64,000 nucleotides of DNA from Chrysomallon squamiferum (GCA_012295275.1 CM022672.1:10416001-10480000), one strand, 5' to 3'. Shown: positions 26,934 to 41,272, counted from the stretch's first letter. Notes: generated by a model from the letters alone, not told the origin. Numbers and translations are program-made.

Positions 26934-28777
26934 CTTGGGGGGGTTTTGGGGGGTTTGTTTTGTTTTGGTTTGTTCTTTTGAGTAAAAAAACAATTTAATG
27001 CATTATCACACAAAGTATTATAAAATTCAAGTGATGAAATATGTATAGTCAGCCTGCCTTAGCCATGGATTTGGCATGCATAGTTTGTCCAATTGCAGCT
27101 GAAAAAGATTTTTCAACATTACACTTCAGTAAATTGTAATTTTTTCTAAAATACTGTAGTCAGTGTGATTTACATGGGTTTTGATGGTTCTTAGTGGTAC
27201 CTCTTGTATGGTTTTAAGCGATGAATACACAGAAGGTAAAATTACATCATTTTGTGTAAGTATCCTGACATCTAGAGGTTTCTTGGTAGAGCTCTTGAAC
27301 CTCTGGATAGGGAGGGCAGACTTTAATCACCATGTAACTGTTTATCTTAGGAGATGACTTTCCAGTGTTCTTAGAGACTGTCTCAAATCATCACTTGTTT
27401 TGTTTCTGGCAAGCAAAAATTTAATTTGCTGTATATTAAATATTAAAATACAGATAATAATATGTAGTTCATTTGTAAACTGCATACTTTGTTTGAAATC
27501 TCACTGTGAAATGAATAAAGCTAACTAGATTGAAAATAATTAGATTATTTCAGTAAGGACAGAAGAGAACATTTAGATAATTACAGCTGACAGCAGCATT
27601 TAAAACTTAGGTGATTTCCCAAAAGCAAATTATTAAATAACTAAAATTTGAAAATATAAAAATACAGTAAAACACCTTTTTTAATAAAATATATTTTTAT
27701 TAAATGTGCAGTCGTGAAATATTGATTTTATATTTACTTACTAGATATTATGTAACTATGTTAAAGATGGAAAACAAATATTTTCTCAGTCTAGAACACT
27801 ACAATAGGTTGGGGAATATTAAATTAATGTTAGTCTTTCTTTTAAGTCATTACACTTTTAAACATCTGTCCATTCTTACTATTGAAAGAAATTTTGAATT
27901 CCCTATTTTTATTTTTATTTTCAAAATAGCTAATATAAAATATTGTAAGGTTTACACATTAATTGCTCATATTTAATTAATTTATTATTTACATTTTTTT
28001 AAATTTCATGATACAGGTAGAAATTTCACTGACTCTACTAACTGTCAGATTTTAATTTAAATTTTATTACTATGTTTAATAAAAGAAATTACTAAACACT
28101 AAAAGGTCATATTTTCAGTAAATTTTAATTATTTGTTTTAAAATGCTGGTAGAAAAACAATTATCCAGCTTCTAGAAATATATTAATCTATTAATATAGT
28201 TTTGTACATAACTATTAATTATTTTTTTTTATATTAAACCTTAGACTGGAAAAGTGAAAAAAGAAAGAAAAAAAAAAAAAAAAGTTTGTGAATGTTAATC
28301 ATGCTGCATAAATTGTCTGAAACCAGTATTTTAAAATCATTACATCCATATGGGGGGGGACAAAAAACCTTTATGAGAAGATCATTTTCAATATCAGTGA
28401 TAAAAACTTATTTGACAATTTTGTTGTTGTTGCACATTCAGTTACATTCATAATTCAAAATTCAAAATTTACCAAAATAATTTATTTGATACCGTACCAA
28501 GCAAACAGCCCAATTGTGAGCACTAGTTTCAGCTGTGGTTGGTCATACTACCAGTTCATTTTTTATGCACCTTTATTTTATACAAACCATTGTCTTGTCC
28601 TAACTCCAGTAGTGAACATATGTTAGTGTTTTCTGTCATGTATAAGCATTAAACCAGTCATTTCTGCCCTTCAGAGGTCCTTGTAGATTTGGTCTTTAAA
28701 ACTCTTAAAAAGTAGTTCTGTTGAAATGTTTTGTGTTGTATATTATCATATAAATTTACATATGGTAACTTTAGCAT

Positions 28778-28812
28778 ACTAAAATGTATTTTCTTTTTCT
28801 TTTCAGGTAAGT
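28778..28812 (+). other. Candidate recursive splice site (3'ss immediately followed by a perfect 5'ss)
   Basis: actaa (branch-like) ... ttttctttttcttttcag|gtaagt. Confidence 0.65.
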
Positions 28813-29247
28813 TTACTGAAACCTGGGTCTGTTGTGTGATGTTTTGATATGAGAGGATTTTTCTGCACATCAAAAACCCCACAAAAAAACCAAAGAAGTA
28901 TTTCTAGTCTTCCAGTGATAAGATTGTCTGTCTGCCCACAGAGACCATCTTTAAAAAGTGTTCAACAAATTTATTTCCCTAATAATTATCATTCTTCTTA
29001 TTCCCGACATAATATCAAAATAATCTGGGGGCAATGGCCTTATTTTAAACAAAATTTTAATTTTTTTTTTTTTTTTTTTTTATTAGTTAATATACATGTG
29101 CAATATCTACTGGTTTACATTGTGTTGACATTCCCAAATAATATTCTTTATTTTATTTTTTAAATTACTGTTACTATTCACAAAACCATACCATATTTTT
29201 TTTTTTTTTTTTTTCATTTTTTTTTTAAAATTAATAACACACACATA

Positions 29248-29248
<1 letters not shown>

Positions 29249-29290
<42 letters not shown>

Positions 29291-29356
29291 TCCATTTTTA
29301 TTTGAGTGAGAATAATTTATATTATTCATTTATACTGATACATTTATTAAAATTAA

Positions 29357-29410
<54 letters not shown>
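29249..29410. repeat. Two (ATT)n tracts
   Basis: Direct reading. Confidence 0.9.
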
Positions 29411-32400
29411 CAGCAATATTAAATTAAGATATGATAAATTACTATTGTATTGAATACTGTGTATATTAACAAATTTAAATATTGTTATTTTCTACATACA
29501 ACAGTAAGTTCTACTGATTTTCAAAACTATATTCTTTTCTTTTTATTATTTTTTCGAAACATTTTCATATTTTGGGGATATTATTTCAATATGTTTATTC
29601 AGTAAAATGAAAGTGAAATTTATACGTTTATATATTTTTTTATAATGGAAAAAAAATATGTTTAAAATTTTTATTTTTTTTTTTTAATTTTTTTAATTTT
29701 TTTTTTTTTTTTTTTTTAAGTCAAGTGATTGTAATATCATTATACCTAAATGTAATCAAATTTACAAATGCTGTATACACTTTGGGAATGTAGGTATTAA
29801 CCTGTTTATTCCTATATAATGCATTATTAGCAGATAGTGCACTGAGCCAGCTCTGAAAGGGTTAATCTTGTATATAATAAAAGGTTGTGTTTTGACAGTG
29901 TTAGTAAACTACAATTATAACATTTCACAGTTCAAAACCATTTGCCAGATACTCTCAACAGTTAGCTATGAATATCCACAATATCTGCTTTGGGCAGAGG
30001 ATTTTGTTTATCTGGGTAAGCATATTTTATTTAAGAAAACAAAGGGAGGGAGACATATTTTTTTATATTAAATAAAACAATGTTATAAATTGCAGATTAG
30101 TGTCATCTTGTTACCTCATCATGGAATTTCAACATTCAGTACAGTTCTAATACTTTAAATCTGTTTTATGAAGTATTTTTAAATAATAATAATGATAACA
30201 GTAATTGCATAAACTGTATTTTAAAAAACCCACAACAGCAACCATTTGCTATTAGTGAAACAAGATGACTATTTTTTATACTGAAGTGAAATTTATTTTT
30301 GTTATATAAAGGGTTTTTAACAGACCATTTATTTTGGGTTGCTGATATGTAAGTTTTAATCCCTGTTCTCCATCTTTCTACCATATTCAGAAGTGTGTTG
30401 GCATGGCTGAATCCAGCTTCAACCATACATCAGCATGATAAAAATAAAAGGATTTGGGAATATCTAGTTCTAAAGACCAATTTTCTCTCACCAACCCCTG
30501 ACAACCCTATAGTTTTCATTGACCTTCTGACTGAGAGAATAGCCAATATACCACAGGGAGTCAGTATCACCCTTTTTTGGAAACCCCTGTTCTAGAATTT
30601 CTTGAAGTGAATTTCTGTTTTTTAAAAGTTAAATTATTGGTATGTAAAACTTAACTATGAAGTGAGCTGAGGTTTATCTCTAAACTCTGTGGTTGTTATT
30701 CATGTAACAACTCTGCAGTGATTGACAACCTGCTCAGTAGCACCACCTTTCAAGAACAGCAGCTGATATTAAAGGTACATATTTATAATGTAAATGCTTA
30801 TAATTACACTTTATAATTCTTCATAACTTCTGTCACAGTACAAAATATAACTTAGGAGCCCCAACCTTGAAAACAATTTGCAATGGGGTGCTAAAAAAAT
30901 AAAAATGTATGAACTACATCTTGCACTTTCATTAACTCATTTTTAACCAACAAACAGTTAAAAACCACAGAGATGATGCTATGGAATGGTTTTTTCTTTT
31001 GTATTAGTTATGAAGAACTGTTTTTTTTGGATTGGAAATAATGAAATACCAGCACTGAAAGGGATTTGTTCTGGTTGCAAAAAATGCTTTAATTCAGTGC
31101 CCTTCTCCTGAGTTACTGTTTTAGATCAGTTCTGGGTCACTGATTAGAATGGTTAATAATGACAAATCAGCACTGAAGAAGATTTGATCTGGTTGCTAAC
31201 AGTTCTTTAGTTCAGTGCTATAGCCGCTAAGTTGCAGCCAGTCTCTGCAGACATCAAACAGAAAGAAACATTAAGGTTTGTCAGAGCATGAACTATTGAA
31301 ATAAACAGATTTCAAAGATTTGAATTATATACTCGCACTGTTATAAAGTGCTCAGAAACAACACAGAAGATAGATAGATTTTCAGATGCTTTCTGCAAAT
31401 TAATATACAAACAATTAAAAGTTAAATGTGAAAGACTAATAGGACCCTGATGTATTGTTTCAATGTCTGTCACACTATTATCCATTTGCTTTTTGTATTA
31501 GATCTCAAACCCACAGTTACTGTATGGATAATGAAGACTAAAAATCATGACAAAAATGCAGATTTTATTTATTTTTTATTTATTCAATTTTTTAAATTAT
31601 TTATTATTATTTTTTTTTTTTTTTTTTCAATTCATTCAAACAATCATATCCTAACCCAAATGGTGTGACTATGAAATTTCTGTTTGCAGCATGCAGCATC
31701 TCTTCAGCATAAATATTAATTGCCACAAATACATTGAATGTTTCTATTCATAATATCCAAATATCTAAAACATTGCACAAATGCTGGATGATACAACAAA
31801 TAGAATTTTACTGAAAAGCATGGTTATAAATCTCAATGACATCATTTTAATTTGTTCACATCAGTTAAAACAGTAATTGCTATTTCTCCAAACACAACAC
31901 ATTAACTGACATTTTAGCACATCACAATAAAGTTTTAAACATTAGCAATATGTTTTCACATTGCTTTTGATTTTGTGAGGAAACAAAAGAGGAAATTAAT
32001 TGTTTAATCCTTCAGAGCTCACATTATTTTTCATACAGGAAAAATTGCACAAAATCATCACATAATTCTTTCAGTAAGAAATTTAAACCAAAAAATATGC
32101 TTCAGTATCTCAGTCCCACTGTGAGCCCTGAAGGGTTGTGCTTAGGTATTTTCACAGCTGGAGAACTTTAAACAGTATTTTAAAACAATTCATAACTTAA
32201 TTTTTATCAAATGTTAGCAAAGTAAGGTGTGTATTTCAAAAGCTTCTTCAACACAACTCATTTCTGATCTTTTGAACCAACAAGTATGTTATTTTTACCA
32301 TGGCAGATTGTATATGACACATACATTAGTTATTACGAATTTAGTAACTTGCTAAGATATCAGATTAGTTCATCCCTTGTCTGTGGTCCTCTCAGGGTAT

Positions 32401-32631
32401 TTCTAATTCAGCCATTGTCCCATGACAATGTGTATGAGAAAGTGCATATAACATATCCCATGCTACTAATTGAAAACAAGAATCTCTTACAGGTTTCTTC
32501 TTTCACTATCTATGCAGTCCCTAGCAATATATATGATGTCATATAGCCAAAGATTTCATCCTTCCAAGACTAATGGCATACAAAGTTTGTGGCATCTTAG
32601 TAGCCAAGTTGCTGCCATGTTATTTATTTTT

Positions 32632-32662
<31 letters not shown>

Positions 32663-35600
32663 TTATTAGTAGTATTAGTAGTATTTTATTAAAAAAAAAT
32701 TAATTTATTTTAAATTATTAACAAAAAATCATATAATGATTTATTGATTTAGAAATTACTAATCTGAAACAGTTAATAACATCCGATAAGAAGATGAGTA
32801 AATCAGTGATTACATTTGTGACCACCATCAAACAAGGGAATTTACAGTACTCAGCCTGTAAAGACTATTTTTAATTTGTAGAATGATTTTATTTTTTTTT
32901 AATTTTTTTTTTTTTTTACTCGAAATTGGTGATTTACAAATTTTCTGTTTCTGTTTTTTATGTTTAACTTAAAAAATGGTCATTATTTTATGGAGCTAAT
33001 CCACTTGTAGGATAAAATATCAATAACACAGAAATACGTCCAATAAAATATTTAAAAAAAAAAAAAATTAATAAACTAAAAATATATTCTTACCTAAGGC
33101 CACAGTTTTTCATTAGCTAGATTACCAATCCCACCTACAGTGATTATGAAGAAAAACCAAGGAGGAAATAAAATTTTCTTCTAGCCAAATGATTGTAAAA
33201 TGATGCCCAAAACTTATTTAAAGCTTAGGGGTTTCTTTAGCATTTTTATTTTTTATTGCTAATTTTTTTTTTATTCACCTCTTTTCATAATGATTTAGGT
33301 GTCACTGCTAATATAGTGACTTTTGCTGAACTGAAATGTATTCTAGAAAAATGGCTTGAAGATGAATTTGATGTAGACCAAAATGACAAAATGTACAACA
33401 ATAAAGACTTCAGTCCTGTAACATACTTTTTACAAGCAAATCTAATTTTCTGTTTTTCTTCTTTTTAAAAAAAAAAAAATTGAATGAATTTTAATTTGTT
33501 TGCCTGAAGCATTTGCACATATATGTAGCTCTCCCAAGCATTAAATGAGCACACAAAAAAATTAGTATATTTCCGCACACATCCATAACAAAACCAGACT
33601 TATATTGTGTATACACATACAAACACATACACACATACATTTTATGAGAAGGAAAATATAATAATCATCTATACACATGTATGTCTTTGAATGTGTGTGT
33701 ATTTGACAGACAATGTAGTGTAATGTTGCATGTGTTAATGATGCAGTTGACTCAAGTTTTCTTCCATTTTCCTCTCATCAGAGTGGATCAGGAAGTTATA
33801 CAGGTTGAACATCACTAATCGAGCAAGTTGGAACCAGACAAGTGCCAGACCAATTGATTTTCCAAATCAGTGAAGCTTCGGGGATAAAATAGCAAAATAA
33901 TGCATGTAATGTACTGTTAAGAAAAGGTTAAATCTCTATCTGTATAACAGCATCAAGCACTTTTGGTCAGCTGTGGCAGATAAAAACAGCTTCAGGTGCT
34001 AGTGGTGTCACAGGTGGCCAAGCAGCACGTGTGCAATCTAATGACCACAAGATTCATATCACCATCCAGAACCATCGAAGCTGCCAGACTAGGCAGGTTC
34101 AACTTACATGTTGAAAATTTCCTCATTTGTATTTTGTATGATGATTTTAACTCGATCACATACTGTTGTCATTGTTTAGTGTTACCATGTTATGTAGTTT
34201 ATTTATTATTATTAATATTCATATGTACCCTTCAAGTCATCTTTGTTTCTTCAATTATCTGCAAGGAATGAATGTAATTCTTGAGAAACATTCAGTAATG
34301 ATATTTACACATTTTAACCATTGACTAAATGCAAGTACACATAAATACAAACAAGATTAATGATAACAGTATTTTAATTCTAAAATATTTGAATAATACA
34401 TTTTTAATATTATAAAAAATATTTGATTTGGAGACATAATTCAGTAATTGCATGGAAATAAGTTTAGTGTGGAACACAAGTACAAAACATTTTTTATTAT
34501 TATTTTTCTAGTTTGCTATGTTATATTTCAATTAACAGTTTTCTCATTTCAGATTTGTTTTACATTTTTCATTTAAAGCCATGTCAATTTACATGCATGT
34601 TTGTATATTCTGCCACAAAATTATTTTATCATCTTTTGCTAGGGACTGGTGACTGTTTATTGGGGGTGAATGAGAGATCACAGGATTGGTTTTTCACAGT
34701 ATACACACTGAGGTGTTTTCATATGCACTTTATCAAGCCAGTTGAGAGGAATCATGTTGTATGAAAGATCTCCTGGCTTAGAATCAGTCATCAGTGTACT
34801 ATTTGACCATTTCTCAATTTGTTAGTGTTCCACAGCTTGTCAAACAAAAGCCCTGTTATGTACAGTTCTGCTGGAATAATGATGAAGGCTGTAATGAAGT
34901 ATTTCCCTGATATGCTTTTGGTTCAGGATGAATCATTAATGGGCTCGTTAGGATCTTTCTCATTCTGCTTATGTTTCAAAACTTTGTGAATCAAAGGACC
35001 TGATCTGTAATATAGTGCTGGGGATCTGTGATATGCTATTCTCAAATTGCTAGAGTTTCACAATTTGTGAATCAAAGACCTGGTAAGTACTGCCTCACTG
35101 GAGGAATGATATGTATAAAAATATATCATATACAACTGACAGTCGTATTTTCCCTCCTGCATTATTTTAGTGGTCCCTGTCTATGTGTAACTCATGTAAA
35201 TTAAAAATGAATTATGTGTATCATTAAATAAAACATTTCTTTCTTCTTTGGACCAGTGGAACTAATGACTGATGACTAGTTACACCTGAATGAAAAAGAA
35301 TGATTACTTGTTTCAGAGGTGACTAACAGTATCTGATATAGGGGTCCTGTTACAAGCATATATGGAAATATACTGTTTAGGATAAAGACTGGTGGTGCAG
35401 ATTACAATTGATAGATTAATGTAATTCATTAATGTAATTCAGTAATGCTAGGCAGCTTGTAAATGGATACTGCTTACCACTAGTTCATAATGATTTTCAT
35501 AAATAACTCGACAAAGAAAAATCCTTTGTTAAAGAATTGATAAAAAGGAAGAAAGACCCTAACTTTTTATACAGTTGACTGGCATCTGAGATTTTTTCCC

Positions 35601-35979
35601 ATTCCAAACATCAATCCCAAAATCAAGACCTGGTTATTTATTTTCCTTGAAGATTATTCTGACTTACACACAGTTACTGCTTACCACTAAATGAAATGTT
35701 CATTGTGGATTTTCCTAAATAACTCAATAAAGAGAAACTGTCTGTTAAAGAACTGATAAAAAGGAAGAAAGACCATCACTCTTTTGTACTGTTGATTGGC
35801 ATCTGAGATTTTTTCCCATTCCAAATGTTGATCCCAAAATCAAGACCAAGTAAGTTATTTTTCTTGCAGATGTTTGGATAACCAGAGTTACTATATTTGT
35901 AATTGCCACCTGGACAAGCCATTCTTCTTCCAGTATACCATTCAAAATTATTTTCAAGCAACATTCCAATAAATAAGTC

Positions 35980-36177
35980 AAAGCTAGCTAGAGTCAGCTA
36001 ATTATTGTAACATCTTATAAAACAACACCTAGCATCAAAGTTAACTAGAGTCAGCTAATTATTGTAACATCTTATAAAACAACACCTAGCATCAAAGTTA
36101 ACTAGAGTCAGCTAATTATTGTAACATCTTATAAAACAACACCTAGCATCAAAGTTAACTAGAGTCAGCTAATTACT
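35980..36177. repeat. 57-bp tandem repeat, ~3.5 copies
   Basis: aaagttaactagagtcagctaattattgtaacatcttataaaacaacacctagcatc at 35980, 36037, 36094 and 36151 (partial). Confidence 0.95.
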
Positions 36178-36710
36178 AATGATGAAGTAACAGCAGCTTT
36201 TGAAGAACTATCAGAAGCTGATGAAGATGACTGTGTTACCAATACTGGAGTACTTTGAGGACAGCTTCATCGGTCATCAGTGTGGCATAGATGGTTGCAG
36301 ACGTGATTCATTTCACAATGTTGGATTATGGAATATGCACCAGCGAGTGGAATTTGCTGTGGACTAACAACTTCATGGAAGGGTGGCAAACATTGGGGCC
36401 TAACATCCAAATTTCTGGAAGTTTATAGATATTTTAAAGCATGAACAAGCACTGAATGAATTGGAAATAAAGCAGATGACTGGTGGGGAAGCACCTCAAA
36501 CACTTTGTTGAAAAAAATACCTAGAAGCTTCAATGTGTTCTGTTGACTCTGGATAGACAGACTATTTGTAAACAAATAAAAGTTGTCCAGGGGGGGGTTG
36601 TCTGGGGTAAGTTGTCTGTGGGGAAGTTGTTGTCTGGAGGGCAATTGTCCTAGAATTGTCTGGGGGTGAAGTGTTTGGGGGATTGTCTGGGGGTATCTTG
36701 TCTGTTTGTC
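36178..36710 (+). mobile_element. Decayed MULE (Mutator-like) transposon 3' end: transposase C-terminal relic plus G-rich terminal repeat block
   Basis: Frameshifted translation DEVTAAFEELSE...PILEYFEDSFIG...LWNMHQRV...TNNFMEGW...HPNFWKFIDILKHEQALNELEIKQM (MULE 'RTNN..EGW' and 'HP..W.FI..LK.EQ' motifs), followed by repeated ttgtctggggg motifs at 36580-36705. Confidence 0.85.
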
Positions 36711-39700
36711 TTTTTTTTTTAAATTGTTTTGGAACAACCTTTAGAAGATAGTAGGAAGTGTAAGAGGAATTTAATTTTCTTTTTCTTTTCAGCTTTCTTT
36801 TCTTTGAATTTGCCATATTTAAACAAACATTATTAGATGTTTAATTTCAGAAATTTATTTTATTTTTTTTCAATAATAGATGAGTTTTGTAATTTCAAAT
36901 TGGTTTTATTAATTTGAAATCAATTTTTTTTTTTTTTTTTTTAATATTAGTTTTAAGAATTTCAAATTCAGTTTTATTAAACATTTTAAAAAGGGGTTTT
37001 CTCTTTTTTTTTTATTAACAAATTAAAAATTCCTGCTGCAATTCAGTTAGCAAATTAGAGATGTTTTAAAAAGTTGTCTGGAGGGATTGTTCTAGAATAA
37101 CAAATATATTATTGTGGTTTTTAGTAAATTAGTGATGGAAATAAGCTAGAAAGGAGAATTAATGATTCCAGGGAGGAAGATTTATCCTTATTAATTAATG
37201 AGTTCAGGATTCAAAAAAAAAATATATATATATTTTTGTACATGTTGTATTTAATTTTTTTTTTTGTATATTATTTTTTTATATATATATGCTTTTATTT
37301 TGTTTTTGTTTTTGTTTTTATTTCATTTTCAATTTATTATTCATAAGTTTCTTAATCCACTTTTATAAAACTATTTCTTTAAATTCAGAGAATACCTTTC
37401 GTAGTAATATGAACACATACATACAAACTGTAGTGTCTAAGCTATTAGACAGGTATATAATTAAGTCAGTGCTGTAAATAAATGCATAATTAGCATTTTT
37501 GTAATTTCAGCTGTTGTTATGACATCACCACTAGTTCAGTGACCACTCAATTCTATCATGTTCTTTTGTTGTTGTCAAGAAAAGAAAAATATTATGTTGC
37601 TTGAAGGGGATTATTGGAAAAAACTAAAAAATAAAATAAATGAAAAGTTTAAGCCACTGTAAACTGATTTTCAAAAAAAAAAAAAAATTTAAAATAATAT
37701 AAAAGAATTTTTTTTTTTTTTTTTTTATGTCTGTGATATAATAAGATCATTTATGTTTCATATTTTATTGTATTGAGTAATCCATCACTAACACACTATG
37801 ACAGTAATATAATATACTGTTACAAAATACCTGAATACCTGTATTTTACCCCTTCACAACTCGATATTGTGACACTATACATGATGATGAATGATTGCTT
37901 GTTGTGCTTGCACTAGAAAAACATGTTTTTAAAAATGATACACTCTCTGTGTGTGGTGATACGACAATTACAGAAAAATCATATTTCAAAACTGTACTCT
38001 TTCATTGATAATTTTGTTATTATTTATGACAGGACAGCAAAAAGATAATTAATAAAATAAAATAATTGAATAAAGAATAAATAAGTAAACAACTAAATAA
38101 CTTAGAAATAAGTGAAATATATATTTCTTCATATCACCAAAGATACAGTTTTCACTTATAAGTTTCATATATAAAATTAGGATGTTACTGGACAATTTAA
38201 TTTACTTAACTTTTTATTTTTTTATTCCTTATTATGTTGGGAGTGAGATGTTTTTGGATTTTTTTGTTATTATTATTATTATTACTTTAATATTTTATGA
38301 ATCCAGACAATATTTACAGTCGGTGTTTCTGACAACTGAGTTTTAGGACATTATTTGTTATTCAGTTGCCTTCTTCTTTCCAACACTTTTCCTCATTTTA
38401 TTTCTTTTATACATCAGATCTTTTAAATGTAACTGAACTTTCAAATGATGTTACATCAATGTGAAAAAACAAATTCACATTTCTTTCAAAAATTGGTAAA
38501 TACATTTATAATATAATCAACACTAGATACAAGAATGTTTAGATTTATAGTTATAAACATTTCACATTAACAAATATTCGTTGAATATTTGCAGGAGTTT
38601 AATCAAATAAATATCATTTCCTTCATTCTTTTAATTTTTGGGGAAAGGGATGTTACTGATTATATAATTTGTTGTCAACAAAACATATTTTTAACAAGTA
38701 AAAACTCATAAAAACTGAAATACAATTTTGCACAGAGATTCTACACAAATTGATAAAGTCTCTCGTGTGAGAAACAGTTAAGGATTAAACAGAATACAGT
38801 TCGCTGTGTAATAAACACAGTATATTAAACACTGACTCTCTCTACTGCTGTATCACTCATTTTTCAAACAGTGGAAAGCTGGAATGTCCACAAGAGTGAC
38901 ATGATTTTAGAATTACTGGATTAAACAAATGGTATTTATTAAAGTTTAAATTAGAGACGTATATGATAGGGTGCAGTATGACGGTGATCTCCGTCATACT
39001 TTTAAAATTGCCATGCATTAGTGACGTGACTTCCAGTGCTGACATAGGCAAATATTGATCTACTATGGGCTTCCCCAGCAATCAGAAATTCGTGGTGAGT
39101 ATGAGCAGAAATTTGTTTCAATTTGCAAAAATCCAAAAAATGCCCAGCACCGAATATGTTAACGATTATAGATTTAGTTACAAACATTCTGAATAAAGAT
39201 GCAAGAAAAACAGAACTCTTTCCTTGCATTTGATATCCATTTGTTTATGAATTACAACATACACTTTGTATGGAAAAAACTAAGCACACAAATCTTATGT
39301 TATTTAGTGTGTTACCTCAACTTTATGGTTTTTTAGCAAGAGCCAAAACATGAAATTAATGGTTTAAAAAATTTTTTTTGTACATTGATTGAATTTTAGG
39401 AATATCTAATACTTTTGAAATCTGTTGCATGCATGTGTTTCTTATTGAAAAGTTTCAAAATTATTTTTCATTAAGGGTTGATATAGTTGCTGTGTCTACC
39501 TATAACAATGTAGCTTACACTGGCATAACTAGTGAAGCACTTTGTGTCATTAATATAAAAATGTATTTTTTATGTTTTGTTTTAATTTAATTTTAATTTA
39601 ATTTTTATAATTATTTTTATATATTTTTTATTTTATATGTGTGTGTGTGTGTGTATATACATTTTTTTTATTTATTATTATTTTTTTTCCATCTCTGGTT

Positions 39701-40569
39701 ATGCCTTCATTAACTTCAGTATTTTAGATATGTTTTAATAACTTTTCACATACCATAAGGTTCCACAGACACTGTCACTTCTAGCAGTGTATAATTAGTG
39801 CAAAGTCAAATAACGAAACATCTTTTAATAGCTGACGTATGAATATTCATTATTTCCATCTGGCATTCATTTAGTCTGGGTGGTTTTCTGTACCAGGAAA
39901 ATAGAGGTTTTCTTGCATCGGTGGTTAAGGAAAACTAAAAACCTTGCAGTACTTCCATCTTTTGTCCACAGTCTTGTACCTATTTTGTAGTGTATCACAT
40001 GCTATCAGAATCAGCTTGTCATGATTTGATTTCACAGAAGTGAAAAAGTGTGAATACCATAAAATGTGAAATCTCATTTCTGTGTTCATCAGACTTATTT
40101 GGCTGAACAAACGTTTGTGTTTTGGAAACAGCAATAATATAGGTAGTTAAAAATTCCTTGTGGCTATTTGTGTCACTTTTCTTTCTTTTTAATACAGACA
40201 TAAAACAGAAATAAATAATCTGAGAAGTGCTAGTAATCCCTTTCTCAACAAATACAGTAAGTTGTAGAACCACTTATCCAGCAGATTCCAGAAATGCAGG
40301 AAAAAAACAAAAAACAGCTGTTTTTGAAAGTGGCTACTTTTGAATTAGGTGCAGTTTGTTTTAGTTCTGCAACACCAATTCATATCTACAGATGGTTCTC
40401 TCACAAGAACTTGTTATTTACTTGATCTACTATCATTTTCATTTATTACCATGTCTAAGAAAATAGCAGAAATGTGACTTGCTAATGAAAAGTATATTTT
40501 ATTCAGGCATTTTAAGAATTTCAAGTGAATCAATAAAAATCAAACAGATCCTGCTTTAGAAGGATATCA

Positions 40570-40780
40570 AGCTATGTAAGAGGATAGACACAGTCTATGT
40601 AAAAGAACAGACACTATGTAAGATAGACATTATGTAAGACTACAAAGATTGTGTAAGTCAGTCTGTGTAAGCAGACAGACATTGTCTATGTAAGCAGACA
40701 GACATTGTCTGTGTCAGAGGACATGTGCTATCTCTAAGTGGACAGACATTATTTATGTAAGAGGATAGATACTATATTCA
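40570..40780. repeat. Degenerate ~20-24-bp minisatellite (tatgtaagcagacagacattgtc)
   Basis: Repeated tatgtaag..ga.agaca motif. Confidence 0.75.
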
Positions 40781-41021
40781 AAGTTCAGTTTTTGTTATAT
40801 CACTTTTTTCTTCCTCTTTTTTCAAGAGATTGGTTAATATTAAAAAAGATCATCATATTAATAGTTCAAACAATATTCCTGAATTAACTAATATCAAGTG
40901 ATTTTTAGTTGCCGTCACTGACCATGTTACACAGTTTCTGATACACACATTCAGGAATCAGTCTTCTGTCACAGAAAGCTGTGTGTTTGCATTGGTTTCA
41001 GAGATTGTATTGAAGCCTTTT

Positions 41022-41272
41022 TTCTACACATTCCAAACTAAATCTGAGCTCTACACATTCTAGACTAAATCTGTGTTCTAAACATTCTAGACTAAATTTG
41101 TATTCTGCACATTCTAAACTTAATCTCTGTTATACACATTCTAGACTAAATCTGTTCTACACATTCCAAACTAAATCTGTGTTCTACACATTCTATGCTA
41201 AATCTGTGTTAGCAAATTCTTGACCAAATCTGTGTTCTGCACATTCTAGACTAAATCTGTTCTATATGTTCT
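41022..41272. repeat. ~27-bp minisatellite (ttctacacattctagactaaatctgtg), about 9 copies
   Basis: Repeated acacattctagactaaatctg motif. Confidence 0.85.

Noticed and set aside
31169-31219. miR-750-like sequence (ccagatc...) on the minus strand
   Set aside because: Only the first ~7 nt resemble my recollection of this highly conserved miRNA, and the sister hairpin lacks it.
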